Origin: Monocercomonoides exilis PA203
Lineage: Eukaryota > Protista > Preaxostyla
Length of the DNA: 64,000 nt
Assembly: GCA_001643675.2 (NCBI GenBank)
Contig: LSRY02000020.1
Location: 806,001 to 870,000 of the forward strand
Reading direction: 5' to 3'
The position numbers were made by a program, and so were the translations under genes. Below the pieces are notes generated by a model. It was not told the origin of the DNA. It did no database searches and saw nothing but the letters and a program-made list of their open reading frames with translations. Shown here one piece after another: positions 20,951 through 33,888 of the stretch (the first letter of the stretch is position 1; the number at the start of each line of letters is the position of its first letter).

Positions 20951-23900
20951 TTACAAAAAACTGGTTGAACCACTTCCTTCACTTTCAACGCTTTCGCTTT
21001 TGCATTCGCCACAGAACCTGGCTGAGTAGTCAAAATCAATCGCATCTGATGCTGTTAGTATGACTGCATCTGCAGGAAAATGTCGAATGAATTCACGTTT
21101 AAGATCGATGAGCGTTGGCCTTAAGCAGCCTTTTCCTTCAAAACACGATCGAATGCAGCCGAAATACGATGTTTGTTCAACCTTTTCGATGAAAGGTCTT
21201 TCCCCGTTCTTAATTTTTTCTCCGGCTATTACTGCCTCATACTCTCCAAATGGGATATCAAGCGTCAGACATTCCCACAGCATCATCCCAATTGAAAACA
21301 CAACCGTCTTCTTCGTTGCTTGCTTCTTTGTTCCATTCATCAGTTCAGGCGCCTTCCACCTCATGCACTCTTTCCTGTTGTCTTCCTCATCTTCAAAGGC
21401 AGATGAAGGAGGAAAATTTCTGTTATTCTTATTCACAGTCGAGCAATCAGATGAAGATGTGATTATCGTTGAGGCTGACGAAATAGATGAAGAATCTGAA
21501 TCTGATGAACAGTCAGAGTGCATCGCAACACAGATGACCATGTGTTCGGAGAACAGCACAATAAGAGGACTCAGATTGGCAAGAGAAGAAAGAGGATTTT
21601 CCATTTCATCAAAGGAGTGGAGAGCAAGATTAGCTACCCAGAACAGGATTTGAGCAGCTGTCATTTCCCTCTCCTCCAAAGTGCCAATTGCCATCTCCTT
21701 CTTGGCATTCCTTCCATGAAGCAGCATGAACAGCGAATCCCTCAGATCCACAATCAGCTTCTCATGAGGCACCGAACATGCCATCGCATCCACCAGATTC
21801 GACATCGAAGAAGTGGTTGGACAAAGATCCTCCCCACGAACAAATGTTGTGTCTGTGTCTGAAGTGTCTGTGGTAGAAGTGGATGAAATTGATGGTGAAG
21901 GAGTTCGCTTTCTGGTCTCTTCCTCTTCTTCAACCTTCTCTAATGCCCATTCAGGAATCTTGTCTGAATCTTTCCCCAGAATATATTCAGTAGATCCACT
22001 CTCACTCAACAAATGTTCTGATGATTCTGAATGCTCCATATTTGTCTCATAAATTCTCTTCTTTATCCTCTCTTCATTCTTCTTCTCAGCCTCTCTCTCT
22101 GCTCTTCGCCACTGCTCCTCTGGTGACATATCCATTGTGACCATCTCAAACGCCTTCGGATCCTTCTTCACTGTATCATTCACAATCTCTTCCAGTTCTT
22201 CTGTTCGTCTCTTGGATTTCCTCCATCGAACTGTAATAATTATTGATACGATCAGCACAATTAATAGAACAATAGCCATAATAATTACAATTAGCAACCA
22301 ATAGGATTTTTCTTCTTTTCCTCCTTCAACCACGTTATCATTTCCAGTCTTTGATTCTGTTTTGTTCTTCAGAATCTGCGGAGAAGTTGAGGCCAAATGC
22401 TTTCCAAACATAATCATCACTGACACCTCCGTCTCATCCTCAACCGTTGTTATCTTGTCTGAAGGAATTGCGCCTATTACTTTTGTTTCTGACACAAAAC
22501 TGCTTTCCTCAAATTGATATGTCTCAACCAACTCCACATCTCCTGTTTTATACACAAGTCTGAATGACAAGTCACACGGCAAAAAGAGCTCTCCCTTGAA
22601 TTTCACAACAATGTTACTTCCTTTTTCATTCACAAAAGCCTCTTCCAATTTTGGAATGAAAAATGGAGATGGTCTTTCTCCAATAATTCCTTCGAGGGTG
22701 CATCCATCATTCAAAATCCAAAGAGATGAGTTATCTTTCACCCCATCCCCACCTTTCAGACTGGAAATGTTTAATGAAGCAGAATCTGAACAAATGATGT
22801 TTCGACGAAGAGAAGGATATTTTTCAATGAATGGATTGTTATTTGCAAGCATTCCCATCTCAATAATAGCCTTTCCTCCTTTTATCGAAACACCTCCTTT
22901 CGATGAATTCTCGATTTTAATATCATTCACCTGCAAATTGGAGCTTTCAGAATGCACAAGAGATCCGTTCCACTTACATATTTCTTCAAAAGCATTTGCA
23001 ATCTCAATTTCACTTTCTTTCGCAAGAGCTCCTGTAAATCGACTCAAGTCCATCGAAAAATTCGATGCATTGTTCACGTTTATCATGCTCCCTTTATCCG
23101 ATAAGGAAATGCAATTTGAGCAGGAACAATTTGTGAAAGCAACATATGCAGGCGATGAAGACACAGAAAGAACAGAAGCTCCTTCTGAGTTCCTTGAACA
23201 GTTATTGAACGAGGAGATTCCAACAGAAACCGTTCCTGAAGCAGAATCTTGAATCGCAATGATACAGCCTTCAGATAGATTCATTCCATCAGTCACCACC
23301 CAATTAAATGCAACGCTTCCACAATTTCCAATCTCAAAAATATCAGTCTTTGCTTCAATCTGTTCCACTTTCACATTCGTCAACGAAATCTCATTCCCAC
23401 AAAACAGAAAAGAAGACTTCTTGAAGAAAAGCATTGTTATTGTGCAGTTGTCAATGTGCAAAATTCCATTTTCAACGTTCAGCAAAGTCGAGTTAATAAC
23501 AACAGCTTCAATGTTTTCCGATCGGCCAATTGAAGAGAAATCAACAAATGATAAAGATAGTTGGCCACTTGTTTCATGGATGACAGAACTGCCTGAATAC
23601 GAAAACGACTGGCCAAAGGAAAATCTTGCATGTTCAACTCTAACATTCTCTGAAGTTTTGAGAAGACTGCCCTCATTTCCAGCAATTGTTGAGTTCAGAT
23701 ACACAAAAGCAGCTGACTGAGGTTGTAATGAGTGGATAATTACATCCTTTGCTTCGCATTCTCCGATAACAATTGTCTCTTTTGAGACCAACAGCTGCGA
23801 ATAAGATGATGGAATGATGTGCCGCATTCCCTCACTCAACGATTCACAAGGCGCTTCAAACCCTCCACATTGCTTGCTATCTCCATGATTTCCTGCAACA

Positions 23901-26900
23901 GAAGAAACAAATATCGTCTCGCTCTGATATTTCACAACCCTCAGCAGAAGATCCTCTTCGCCAATAAACGAGTCTGTTGTGCAGCCCCATATCGCTAGCT
24001 CCTTCACAAACGGAGCTCTGAAGTCCAGCAAGAACTGCTCATCAACAATTTGTGTTTCGATTGAGTGACATCTCACATACACATCTCTTCCCTTCAATGC
24101 AGAGTTGTCTTTGAAGGTGATATTCGACAGCACAAAATTCAGAGGCTGCTCAACTGTCGAGGTGCACTCCAGAAACAGCCACCCACCTCTTCCTGTGCTC
24201 GAGCAGAAGCACTCAGAAATCGTGCAAAACAAGCAGTCAAACTTTCCTCCTTCGTTCAACAGGGCAAATATCGCCCCTCCCTTTCCACACCTCGTTCCAC
24301 CACACTTCTTCATCGTTGTGTTTCGAATCACCATTTTCAAAGGCTCGTCATTTATATTCTGAATGATTGGAATATTTTCTGTTGTGTTCTGGGTGATTTC
24401 TTCGAAAATACTCCATTCAATGATAATATTTTGTTCTTCTTCATTTTTTTCTCTCCCTGAGCTCTTTGATATCCTCAATCCGCTTGCTCCTTCAAGCTCA
24501 ATATTCTTCATCGTCATATTTTTGAAGTTCAAAATCGATGAAGATAACGTAGAAATAACATCCTTTGAAAAAGATAGCGATTGTATCGTTATAAATTCCA
24601 ACAGAATTATGCCTCCATCTGCTTTGATCAGCCCGTAGCTGATTATTTCATCTCCGCTTTCTTCACTTTTTGTGAATGAACAGTCTTTCAGAGTCAGCAA
24701 TCCCTCGCTTGAGCCAACATGCATCAAAGCATTGACTCCATTTACAAATGATGATGGAACTACAAAGTTTATCAGTTCGAAATTTGTAATACCCTGAATC
24801 TTCATTGCCGCTCCTTCAGCTTCTTCAAGCGATGAAACACATTCCAAAGAGCATATGCTGCTATTATCCGATTTCACTAAAATTCCACTAAGATCAACGC
24901 TTTTTTGGAGAATTCCTTTTCCAATGATGTTAATATCCTTTTCATTTCCTCCTTGCAATCTATCCAATGAATAATCAATTGACAGACAAGGATAATCTGA
25001 AAATCCACAAGCACGCATATCTTTTCCTTCACCCCCAACAAATATCTCTGATCCGAGTTCAAGCCAGAAATATGCCAATGAAATGGCATTCGTTGTGTCA
25101 CTTCCGTCATAGCCCCTCATCGAATCCAATGAAATTTCTGCCAGATGCTCAGACACAAATGGAAGAGAGGTGTTTGTGATGCTCCTCGTTAAGTTCAATG
25201 CTTCCACAAACAGGTCATTTCCACACTTTGCAACATTTGGCTTGTCTGCCTCAAAAACAGGGGATGAGATCACAAATGAAGCATAACCATCGATCAGCTT
25301 CAGAGCAATCCCTCCTCCAAACCCAATCTTCCGTTCTTCTGCTGGTGCTGTGCATCCTGTGAATATGCATGAAATAACATTCATTTGAATGCTCCCTTTC
25401 AATTGAGCATTGATAGCCCCTCCTCTGCCTTCATCAGCAAGCACAGAGCATCTATCAAATTCACATTCTTCAATATTTATTTGTGTGTTCGTATTTTCAT
25501 CGTCTCTGTTGTCTATGATCACACAGCCTCCATTTCCAACTGCTCTTTCTATTTCTGTGAAATTGCTGTTCATCATTTTCAGCCACGGAGTGCTCATTAA
25601 CTCATCCTTTGTTCCACTTCCAGTCAATGATATCAATGGATTTCCGCTCAAAGTGATTGATGAAGCAGTGAACGAATCAATAGCCAACGTTCCTAATTCA
25701 ACAGACAAGAACAGAAATGTCAATTCTTCTGAAGGATTTTGAAGAGAAAGAGAGCATTGAAATAAAGTCATTGATGAAGAAGACGAAATAAAAGCGGAGC
25801 GTGAAGAGAGAGAAGGAGGAAGAGAGAAGATAAGTTTTGATAATTCTGTTTCAACACTTGTTGATATCATCGCTGGGTTTAATAATGAACTTGAATCAGA
25901 GACTGTCCAGCCACTCAGCTCGTCATTTCCACGAATTTCATGCTTCTGTTCATCAAATGCCAATTCATCACTCATCAAAATCATTCTACACACAATAACT
26001 TTCTTTTCTCCTGTTAACCTTGAAAGAGAATGTTTCATTGTTAAACAAGGGAATTGGACAATTCCACAGTGTGAGTGATTGGATGCCTCAGAATTGCTCA
26101 CATATATTTCTTCTGGAGTGGGTAGGAGATAGATGCACAGAGGGATAGCAACACTCGTATTTCCGTTTTCATATCCTCGCACTTTGTCAAACGAATCCAA
26201 TGAATTTGTCACACACGAGATCTTTTGAGGATTTGCAATAGCCTCCAGATTTGGTGAAATGACAAAAATATCATTCCCCCACTTGGCTGTGTTTGTGCCA
26301 AAGGAAGAGGAGATCAAGAAATCTGGATTTTCATTCAATAATCGAAGAAGAATTCCTCCCCCAAGACCATTGGAAGAAGAACAAAAGCACCCATTGAAAT
26401 TGCCACCTTTCACTTTCACTTCATTTTCATTCCCTGCACATAGCATCATCGATCCCCCATCAGCCGATGTTTTGCTTCCACATCCTTCAAAAGTGCAAGA
26501 ATTCAGTTCAATGTTTGCCTTGTTATTGTTACAAGACATCAAAGCTGCTCCACTTGTTGTTCTTTCAATCTCATCAAAGGCACACTCTGAAAGTGCCAAT
26601 GAAATCTCATTTGTTGAAGAAAGCGAAAGCAACGAAACTTCGGAGATAGTCTTTGCCCAGTTCACATGTTCCATCTGCAGCATACCATTCTGGACATTTA
26701 TCAGTTCTATCGAAAAAGCTGTTTCTGTTGATTGTCCGCCCCCTATAGATATATTCAGTCTGCTGATCCTCATTCCTCCTGCTCCACTTATCTCAAATAG
26801 CCTTGACCCACGATTATTTGCATATACCGAATCATGAATAACAGTAAAGTCTCTGACAGTCAATGTTCCCGCTGATACAGAAAAAAGAGATAAGCCTGAT

Positions 26901-28734
26901 TCTTCAGATTCAATTTGGATCATTGTATTCAAATCGCTTTGACCGTATATTGTGTACGTATTCACTCCACAGTCCACTTTTTTGGTCTCTGTAATCGTTC
27001 CCGCGAGTATCTCGATATCTGTAACAGAATTGGGAATCAGCTGTGTAAGACAACGGCTAACAGTGCTGCATGGATGGCTTTCATCCATTCCACATGAAAA
27101 TGTATCAATGGCATTTGGCTTTGTTTCAGCAGATGAAACATATCTAATTCTTCCAAAATCATTTCGAAGCCATCCGCTTTGATCAACAATTTTTGAATAA
27201 TCTGTGCTAACTCTGTCTGATGTTTGCCTGGTAGAATAGCAGGTGGAATCAAACAAATTATAGAGCTGATGATAAAGAAGTGCGTCACAACTTCCATTGC
27301 CTCCGGAGTTTTCGTGGAAAAAACAATAAAACAAGACTTTTGTTGATATACTTTGTGTAGCCCCTATCGAGATGCCCCCACCCCCCCAAAACGCATAATT
27401 TTTTATGAATAAGCAATTGGAAATATTTGGTAATATACTCATTTGCCACAGTTGAACCCCTCCTCCGACTGGCGATGAAGAGTTTGATGTTGTGCAGTTA
27501 TAAAACATACAATCATAAATAACGTCTCCAGGAATCAAAACACTTTTCCTATCAACTGACAACCCACCACCGTCATTTCCAACAAAGCAATTGGAAAACG
27601 AATTATTCACTATTGTATATGTAGCCTGCGGACTGTCAATGCAAATTGCTCCTCCTGCTTCATCAAAACTTTCATTTGGAGCTTGGCAATTCAAAAATAT
27701 GGAGTGACAAATGGAAATTTGAGAAATGCAATCCGCATATACTGCTCCCCCCTTTCCATTTTGTGCAATATTTCCTCTAAAATAGCAACTTGAAAGTGTG
27801 AGAGTAGATGAGCTGTTCCCTGTAATCGAAATAGCTCCTCCATGTGTTGTTGAGTTACAACCAATCCATTCAGAATTGTTTAAAAATATCGAGTCCGAAG
27901 TGTCTATCCTGTTTTGTCTTTCATATCCATCATTTTTATCCCTGTTTCCAAGAACAGAAATGTTTTGACAATTAAAACGAACAACACCTTTAAGTCCATC
28001 AAATACTGTTCCAAAAAATGCATTTTCCGTAAATATCAATTGGCAATTTTCAATCATGCTTTCTCCATAATTTTTTTTAGCATAATTTGCGCTATCAATA
28101 TGCAGTATTTTCCCTTCCCGCGTTATGTTGTACATGATCGTATTTTTGATGGAATAAGACTGACAGTTAGAAGCACATATCATCCCACTCCCTCTGAATT
28201 TCAAATCGCAATACTTGCAAGCATCTATTGCAACTGAAGATTCCCTTGCAGCGAAGCATATGGGCTGAACAGATTCGCCCTTCAGTGTATGTTCAAGTGA
28301 AAAATTGACGAACCTTAGGACAGATTCTCGATTTTTAAAAGAAACATAAGAATCTGTATATCTGAATAATGTGCATGAACTAACATTTATTTGTGAACAT
28401 TTGTCTATGTGAAAAAAGAATCGTTTGCTTTGTTGCTCAAAATTAAGTCCATCCAAAAAAATAGAACTGTTTGTTACAATCCACTCTCCTGACACTGCAT
28501 ATTTTTCATTAAATAGACGATTGTACGAAATAATTTTGTAATGTGAATCTAAAACTGTTCAGTCAAAACGAGATTATAAAATTAAATAATTTTTAAAAAT
28601 AAAAATTCAAAACCTAATTCCATAAATTGCTCGAATGGATGATGAATAATTGATGTATCTGTATATTCATCATCGTTCCAATTATTACAGATTAAACAAT
28701 CAAAACAACAAAAATAAAAAATAAAAAATATCAT
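20951..28734 (-). CDS. Giant receptor-like protein (~2590 aa): CGxxxxPC-repeat ectodomain, TM and degenerate tyrosine-kinase-like C-lobe (pseudokinase). Exon 1 28734-28614, exon 2 28554-20951
   Basis: Upstream exon MIFFIFYFCCFDCLIC (signal-like) splices in frame through a 59-bp GT-AG intron. Four CG..PC modules, TM WLLIVIIMAIVLLIVLIVSIIITV, and kinase subdomain VIII-XI remnants MRWKAPEL, VFSIGMMLWECLTLDIPF, ERP, LRPT. Confidence 0.85.
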
Positions 28735-28982
28735 GATTTAAATATGGGTATGTGAATTTGATAAGATTGTAATAAATCAACGAAGCAAAAGAAGCAATGC
28801 TTCCAAATAATTATTTCTTTTATAATGCATGTCATGTAGTTTTGCGACAGAGCATTAAACATAAAAAGATATTTTTCAGAAAAAAAGTTCATTAAATCAT
28901 TGTTTCAAAAAATGGGAATTTCTTAAATTGGAAGAGTGAAATCCAAACACAGTCATTTCTTGTTTGACTAGGATAATCTAAC

Positions 28983-30329
28983 ATGGGAAAAGAGAAAGCA
29001 CATATCAATCTTGTTGTTATCGGTCACGTCGATGTGGGAAAATCCACAACAACTGGACATCTGATCTACAAGTGCGGTGGTATTGATAAGCGTACAATTG
29101 AAAAATTTGAGCAAGAAGCCGATCAAATCGGAAAGGCTTCATTCAAATATGCCTGGGTGCTCGATAAATTGAAGGCTGAGCGTGAACGTGGTATCACCAT
29201 TGATATCGCTTTGTGGAAATTCGAAACCAACAAATACTACTTCACCATCATTGATGCCCCAGGACATAGAGATTTCATCAAGAACATGATCACCGGAACA
29301 TCACAAGCTGATGTTGCTCTTCTTGTCGTTGCTGCCAACGTTGGTGAATTTGAAGCCGGTATTTCAAAGGATGGACAAACTCGTGAGCACGCTCTTCTTG
29401 CTTACACATTGGGTGTGAAGCAGATGATCGTTCTTGTCAACAAGATGGATGACAAATCTGTCAACTACAGCGAAGCTCGTTTCAATGAAATCAAGGGAGA
29501 AATGCGCAACTATCTGAAGAAGATTGGATACAACCCAGATAAAATCCCAGTCATTCCAATCTCTGGATTCCAAGGAGATAACATGCTTGAAAGATCAGCA
29601 AACATGCCATGGTACAAGGGAGATATTCTCTTTGATGCTCTTGACAACTTGGAAGTTCCAAAGAGACCAATTGACAAGCCTCTGCGTCTTCCAATTCAGG
29701 ATGTGTTCAAGATCGGAGGTATCGGAACAGTCCCTGTCGGTCGTGTTGAAACTGGTGTTTTGACTCCAGGTATGGTTGTCACAATTGCACCAGCCGCAAT
29801 TACAACTGAAGTTAAATCAGTTGAAATGCATCATGAAGCATTGGAACGTGCTGTCCCAGGTGACAACGTTGGGTTCAATGTTAAGAACATTTCAGTTAAG
29901 GATATCCGTCGTGGAAATGTTGCTGGAGACTCCAAACAAGATCCACCCATGGAAGCTGAATCATTCGTTGCACAGGTTATTGTCATGTCTCACCCAGGTC
30001 AAATCTCAAATGGATACACTCCAGTTTTGGATTGCCACACAGCACACATTGCATGCAAGTTCAAGGAGATCACAGCTAAAATTGATCGTCGTACCAACAA
30101 AGTCCAAGAAGAGAACCCCAAGTTCATCAAGACCGGAGATTCCGCTCTTGTTGAATTGGTTCCATCTAAGCCCATGGTTGTTGAGGCATTTACTGAATAT
30201 CCTCCTCTTGGTCGTTTCGCTGTTCGTGATATGAGAGCAACAGTTGCTGTTGGTGTTATCCGTTCAGTCAACAAGAAGAGCCGTGACGCTAAAGTCACAA
30301 AGGCTGCTGCAAAAGCACAAAAGAAGTAA
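28983..30329 (+). CDS. EF1A: Translation elongation factor 1-alpha (intronless)
   Basis: [74 protein letters not shown]. Confidence 0.99.
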   Translation: MGKEKAHINLVVIGHVDVGKSTTTGHLIYKCGGIDKRTIEKFEQEADQIGKASFKYAWVLDKLKAERERGITIDIALWKFETNKYYFTIIDAPGHRDFIKNMITGTSQADVALLVVAANVGEFEAGISKDGQTREHALLAYTLGVKQMIVLVNKMDDKSVNYSEARFNEIKGEMRNYLKKIGYNPDKIPVIPISGFQGDNMLERSANMPWYKGDILFDALDNLEVPKRPIDKPLRLPIQDVFKIGGIGTVPVGRVETGVLTPGMVVTIAPAAITTEVKSVEMHHEALERAVPGDNVGFNVKNISVKDIRRGNVAGDSKQDPPMEAESFVAQVIVMSHPGQISNGYTPVLDCHTAHIACKFKEITAKIDRRTNKVQEENPKFIKTGDSALVELVPSKPMVVEAFTEYPPLGRFAVRDMRATVAVGVIRSVNKKSRDAKVTKAAAKAQKK

Positions 30330-31074
30330 TTTCACATTTCAGTTTCTAATTTTGGAAGATATGATTGAGATGAATGTGATATTAAGTTTGAGAAGATATT
30401 TGTTAGTGATAATAATCGCTTTGTTTTCATCTTTTCCTTAATTTTTGATTCATCTCGAAATTATTTTTCATGATTAACTTAACAAGAAAAAATTTTAAAA
30501 AGTTGAAGTTGTGTATTTTTTTAAGAAATTGTTTTTTCAAGTGAGTCTTGAAAAGATTTTTTAATAAAGTTGATCTGCATCATAATATAAATTTATTATT
30601 AATGTTATATTCGAAGTTTAGAAATATGAATTAATAAGTTCATATTAAATTAAGTTTTTGTTTTATTACGGATATGGATGATAGTAGAAGTTTATTTGGA
30701 AAAACATTTGTTCAGTACAATAATATTATGAAAAATTTGAAAGGAAATAAAAGAAAAGCACGAAAATTACATGATAGAATTATTGATGTTTCAAAATTTT
30801 CATATGGTGTGTTGTTTTTTGAAAATAAGTTAAGTTCACATATTGATTAGAAAATTTGCCCTTTGAGAAACAGGTTATTTTAAATAATATTTTGAATGGA
30901 TGTATTGATTGGACCAAAAAATATTGTTTCATTGGACCTGTAAAAAAAATGTTTACTCAAAGGAAAGCAAAGCAAAAAAATAACGATTTGATAAAGATTT
31001 TGGATTCCTTTTTGTTGGAGTTAAGGAACATATCTAATCAACCGCCAATATCTCATCCATCCTCACTTTTTATC

Positions 31075-33888
31075 ATGCCTTCATGTATTGATTCACAAAA
31101 TATTGAAGATGATCATATGACAGTGGGTATGAATAATTGTTTACTAGAATCAGACAATTTGCAATCTGAGAGAACCCCTTCACCAACAGAAAGAAGTGGC
31201 TCTTCAACAACTTTCTCTTTGTCACCTTCACCATTTCCTGCTCATTCATCGAATCTCACTTTATCGCATTCATCGAGTTCTTCTCCTCTCTCGGGCATTG
31301 TTCAGTCATCAGTTCTTTCAGATAATAGCAGTTTTTCAGGCGTTATTCAAGATGAAGATAAATTATGTTCACATGAAATGGAACGCTCATTTCATTGTTC
31401 ATCTTCATCCTGTGATCCTTTGAGTTTGACGCAGTCAAATCACGCGGTATCTCCTCATAGCAAAGCAGATGAACCAAAAGATATCTTTTCTGAAATAAAA
31501 GAAACAGAAAAAGAACATGTTACATCAGCGAAGGAAATTGAAGAAAATTCCAAAGAAGAAATTCAACTCAACAAGAGTCTGGAATCTAGCAATTCAGCGA
31601 TGAGAAAAAGCGATGATGAAAATGGTCCTGTTGTTTGTGAGACACCAACTGTTGGATTGTTGGAAAGTGACCTTGTTGCAGACAGTGAGGAAGAGGTAAT
31701 TCCAGCTGATGAATATGTTGCAACGAAAGAGCAAAGCGAAACGGATAGTTTTCGAGAGGCCAAGGAAACGAAGGAAAATGCCAAAGACGGCTTTCATCAG
31801 ACGGATAATCAATGCTTGAGAAATGATGAAGTAAGATTTGAAAATGCTGCTAGTGATGTTTCAAGTGCTGAGCTTATTCGCGCTGAAGATGAAAACATCG
31901 ACGAAGAATATGAAGTTATGCAAAAGGAAGATGTTGATGCAAAGCCTAAGGAAAGGAAGATTACTTGTGTTGAATGTGACTCTGACTATGTAATGTGCGA
32001 TGCAGCACAAGAATTGTCTTCGGTAAGCTCAGAAGAAGATGCTTCTATAAATTGCTCTTCGTGTTCTAGTTCTAATTCAAGTCCTAGTCCTTCTTCGAAC
32101 TCTTCTTTGCCTATCTCGGATTCATCATCGTCTAGTTCATCTTCATCTTCTTCCTCTTCCTCTTCTTCCTCTTCTTCTTCCTCCTCTTCTTCCTCCTCTT
32201 CTTCTTCCTCCTCCTCCTCAGAAGCTCGTAGCACTCGTTCTGATTCTTCATCTTCTCTTCAGAAGAGAGAGCCGCTGCTGCTGAAAGTTCTCGGGGTGAA
32301 AGGGCACTTTCGGTTCAGCAGCATCTTTTGTCGAAGCACAGAGAATGTGGATGTGCCCGAAAAGAAAGAGAGATTAGAAAAGGAAAAGGAGGAAGAGAAA
32401 GATAAGGAGAAGGAGGAAGAGAAGAAGAAGGAGAAGGAGAAGGAGAAGGAGAAGGAGAAGGAGAAGGAGAAGGAGAAGGAGAAGGAGAAGGAGAAGGAGA
32501 AGGAGAAGGAGAAGGAGAAGGAGAAGGAGAAGGAGAAGGAGAAGGAGAAGGAGAAGGAGAAGGAGAAGGAGAAGGAGGAAGAGAAGGAGAAAGAAAAAGA
32601 AAAGACTGAAGTGAGCCAGTTGGATCAAAAGCAGATTGCTTCTGATGAATTTGATGTAGAAAAGGAAATTGTTTCATTGTCTTCCTCAACTTCATCCTCC
32701 TCCTCCTCCTCCTCTTCATCATCATCTTCTTCTTCTTCTTCTTCTTCTTCTTCTTCTTCTTCGCCTTTGTGTGAGGATATCCAACATTCTGCTTCTTCGT
32801 CTTCTTTGTCTTTGTCTCCATCGCCTTGTGCAACTCCAATTGGTGTTGCTTCTGCCTCTGACTCAACTTCTGCTTCTCCTTCTGCTTCTCCTTCTTCTTC
32901 ATGTTCTTCTCCTTCTTTGGCTGATCCTTCCTCCTCCTCCTCCTCTTCTTCTTCTCCTCTAACAATTGATGTTCCAGACACTCTTTCTAATGATTTTTCT
33001 TCAGCCCTTTGTCGACCTCCTCTTTCTTCTTCTTCTTCTTCCTCTTCCTCTTCTTCTTTCTCCATATCTTCCTCTTCTTTATCTCCATCTACACCATCAG
33101 CTTCGACAAACTCTCCGTTTTCTTCTGCTTCTTCTGTGCATGTTTCGCCAGTTTCTGTACAAAAGGCATCTTCTTCAAGTTCTTCTTCTTCCTCTTCCTC
33201 TTCTTCTTCTTCCGCTGCTGCCCCTTTTCCTTCTGAAATTTCTCTTTCTCTGTTGGATGATTCACCTGACTGGCTGCCTTCACTTCAGTCTTCTATAAGC
33301 ACCCTCCTTTTCTCATCAGAACCCCAACAAGATTCTGTTTCTTCATCATCATCATCATCATCATCTTCTTCTTCTTCTTCTTCTTCTTCTTCTTCTTCTT
33401 CTTCTTCTTCTTCTTCTTCTTCTTCTTCAAATTCAGATTCGAATTATTCAAATTCTATAAATTCTTCTTCTTCTTCTGCACCTTCTCATTCAAACATTGC
33501 TAATACGAATGAGAAGTGTTCCGATGTTGCTGCTTGTGCTTCTTTTGCTTCCAAAATGAATCAGATAAGCCAAACAGCAACGAATGAAGATGCTTATTCA
33601 AAAGGAGAAAATTTCTATTCAGATAGTTTCGTTTCAAATGAAATGGATTTTGTTGATGAAAATGTTAAAGAATCGAACGTTTTTTCGCCTGGACATGAAT
33701 TTATTTCGGAATGTGATGAGGAAAAAAATTGCCTTCAAACAATGATGAATTTTGCAATGAACAGTGAAAATGAGAAGAATTATAGTATTGATGCCGAAAG
33801 TCAATGGTTCTTTGTAAATGGCAATTACAGAGATGAAATGAAGCATATTTCAAGAATAAATGAAGAAGAATTAGTTTTGAGTTATTAA
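31075..33888 (+). CDS. Hypothetical low-complexity protein (poly-Ser tracts, acidic region, (EK)n repeat); start uncertain (ATGs at 30949/31075, ORF opens at 30856)
   Basis: 3-kb uninterrupted ORF, more GC-rich than its flanks, with no recognisable folded domain. Confidence 0.7.
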   Translation: MPSCIDSQNIEDDHMTVGMNNCLLESDNLQSERTPSPTERSGSSTTFSLSPSPFPAHSSNLTLSHSSSSSPLSGIVQSSVLSDNSSFSGVIQDEDKLCSHEMERSFHCSSSSCDPLSLTQSNHAVSPHSKADEPKDIFSEIKETEKEHVTSAKEIEENSKEEIQLNKSLESSNSAMRKSDDENGPVVCETPTVGLLESDLVADSEEEVIPADEYVATKEQSETDSFREAKETKENAKDGFHQTDNQCLRNDEVRFENAASDVSSAELIRAEDENIDEEYEVMQKEDVDAKPKERKITCVECDSDYVMCDAAQELSSVSSEEDASINCSSCSSSNSSPSPSSNSSLPISDSSSSSSSSSSSSSSSSSSSSSSSSSSSSSSSSSEARSTRSDSSSSLQKREPLLLKVLGVKGHFRFSSIFCRSTENVDVPEKKERLEKEKEEEKDKEKEEEKKKEKEKEKEKEKEKEKEKEKEKEKEKEKEKEKEKEKEKEKEKEKEKEKEKEEEKEKEKEKTEVSQLDQKQIASDEFDVEKEIVSLSSSTSSSSSSSSSSSSSSSSSSSSSSSSPLCEDIQHSASSSSLSLSPSPCATPIGVASASDSTSASPSASPSSSCSSPSLADPSSSSSSSSSPLTIDVPDTLSNDFSSALCRPPLSSSSSSSSSSSFSISSSSLSPSTPSASTNSPFSSASSVHVSPVSVQKASSSSSSSSSSSSSSSAAAPFPSEISLSLLDDSPDWLPSLQSSISTLLFSSEPQQDSVSSSSSSSSSSSSSSSSSSSSSSSSSSSSSSNSDSNYSNSINSSSSSAPSHSNIANTNEKCSDVAACASFASKMNQISQTATNEDAYSKGENFYSDSFVSNEMDFVDENVKESNVFSPGHEFISECDEEKNCLQTMMNFAMNSENEKNYSIDAESQWFFVNGNYRDEMKHISRINEEELVLSY
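32431..32574 (+). repeat. Perfect (GAGAAG)24 hexanucleotide array encoding (EK)24
   Basis: 144 bp of exact GAGAAG units, in frame. Confidence 0.95.
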
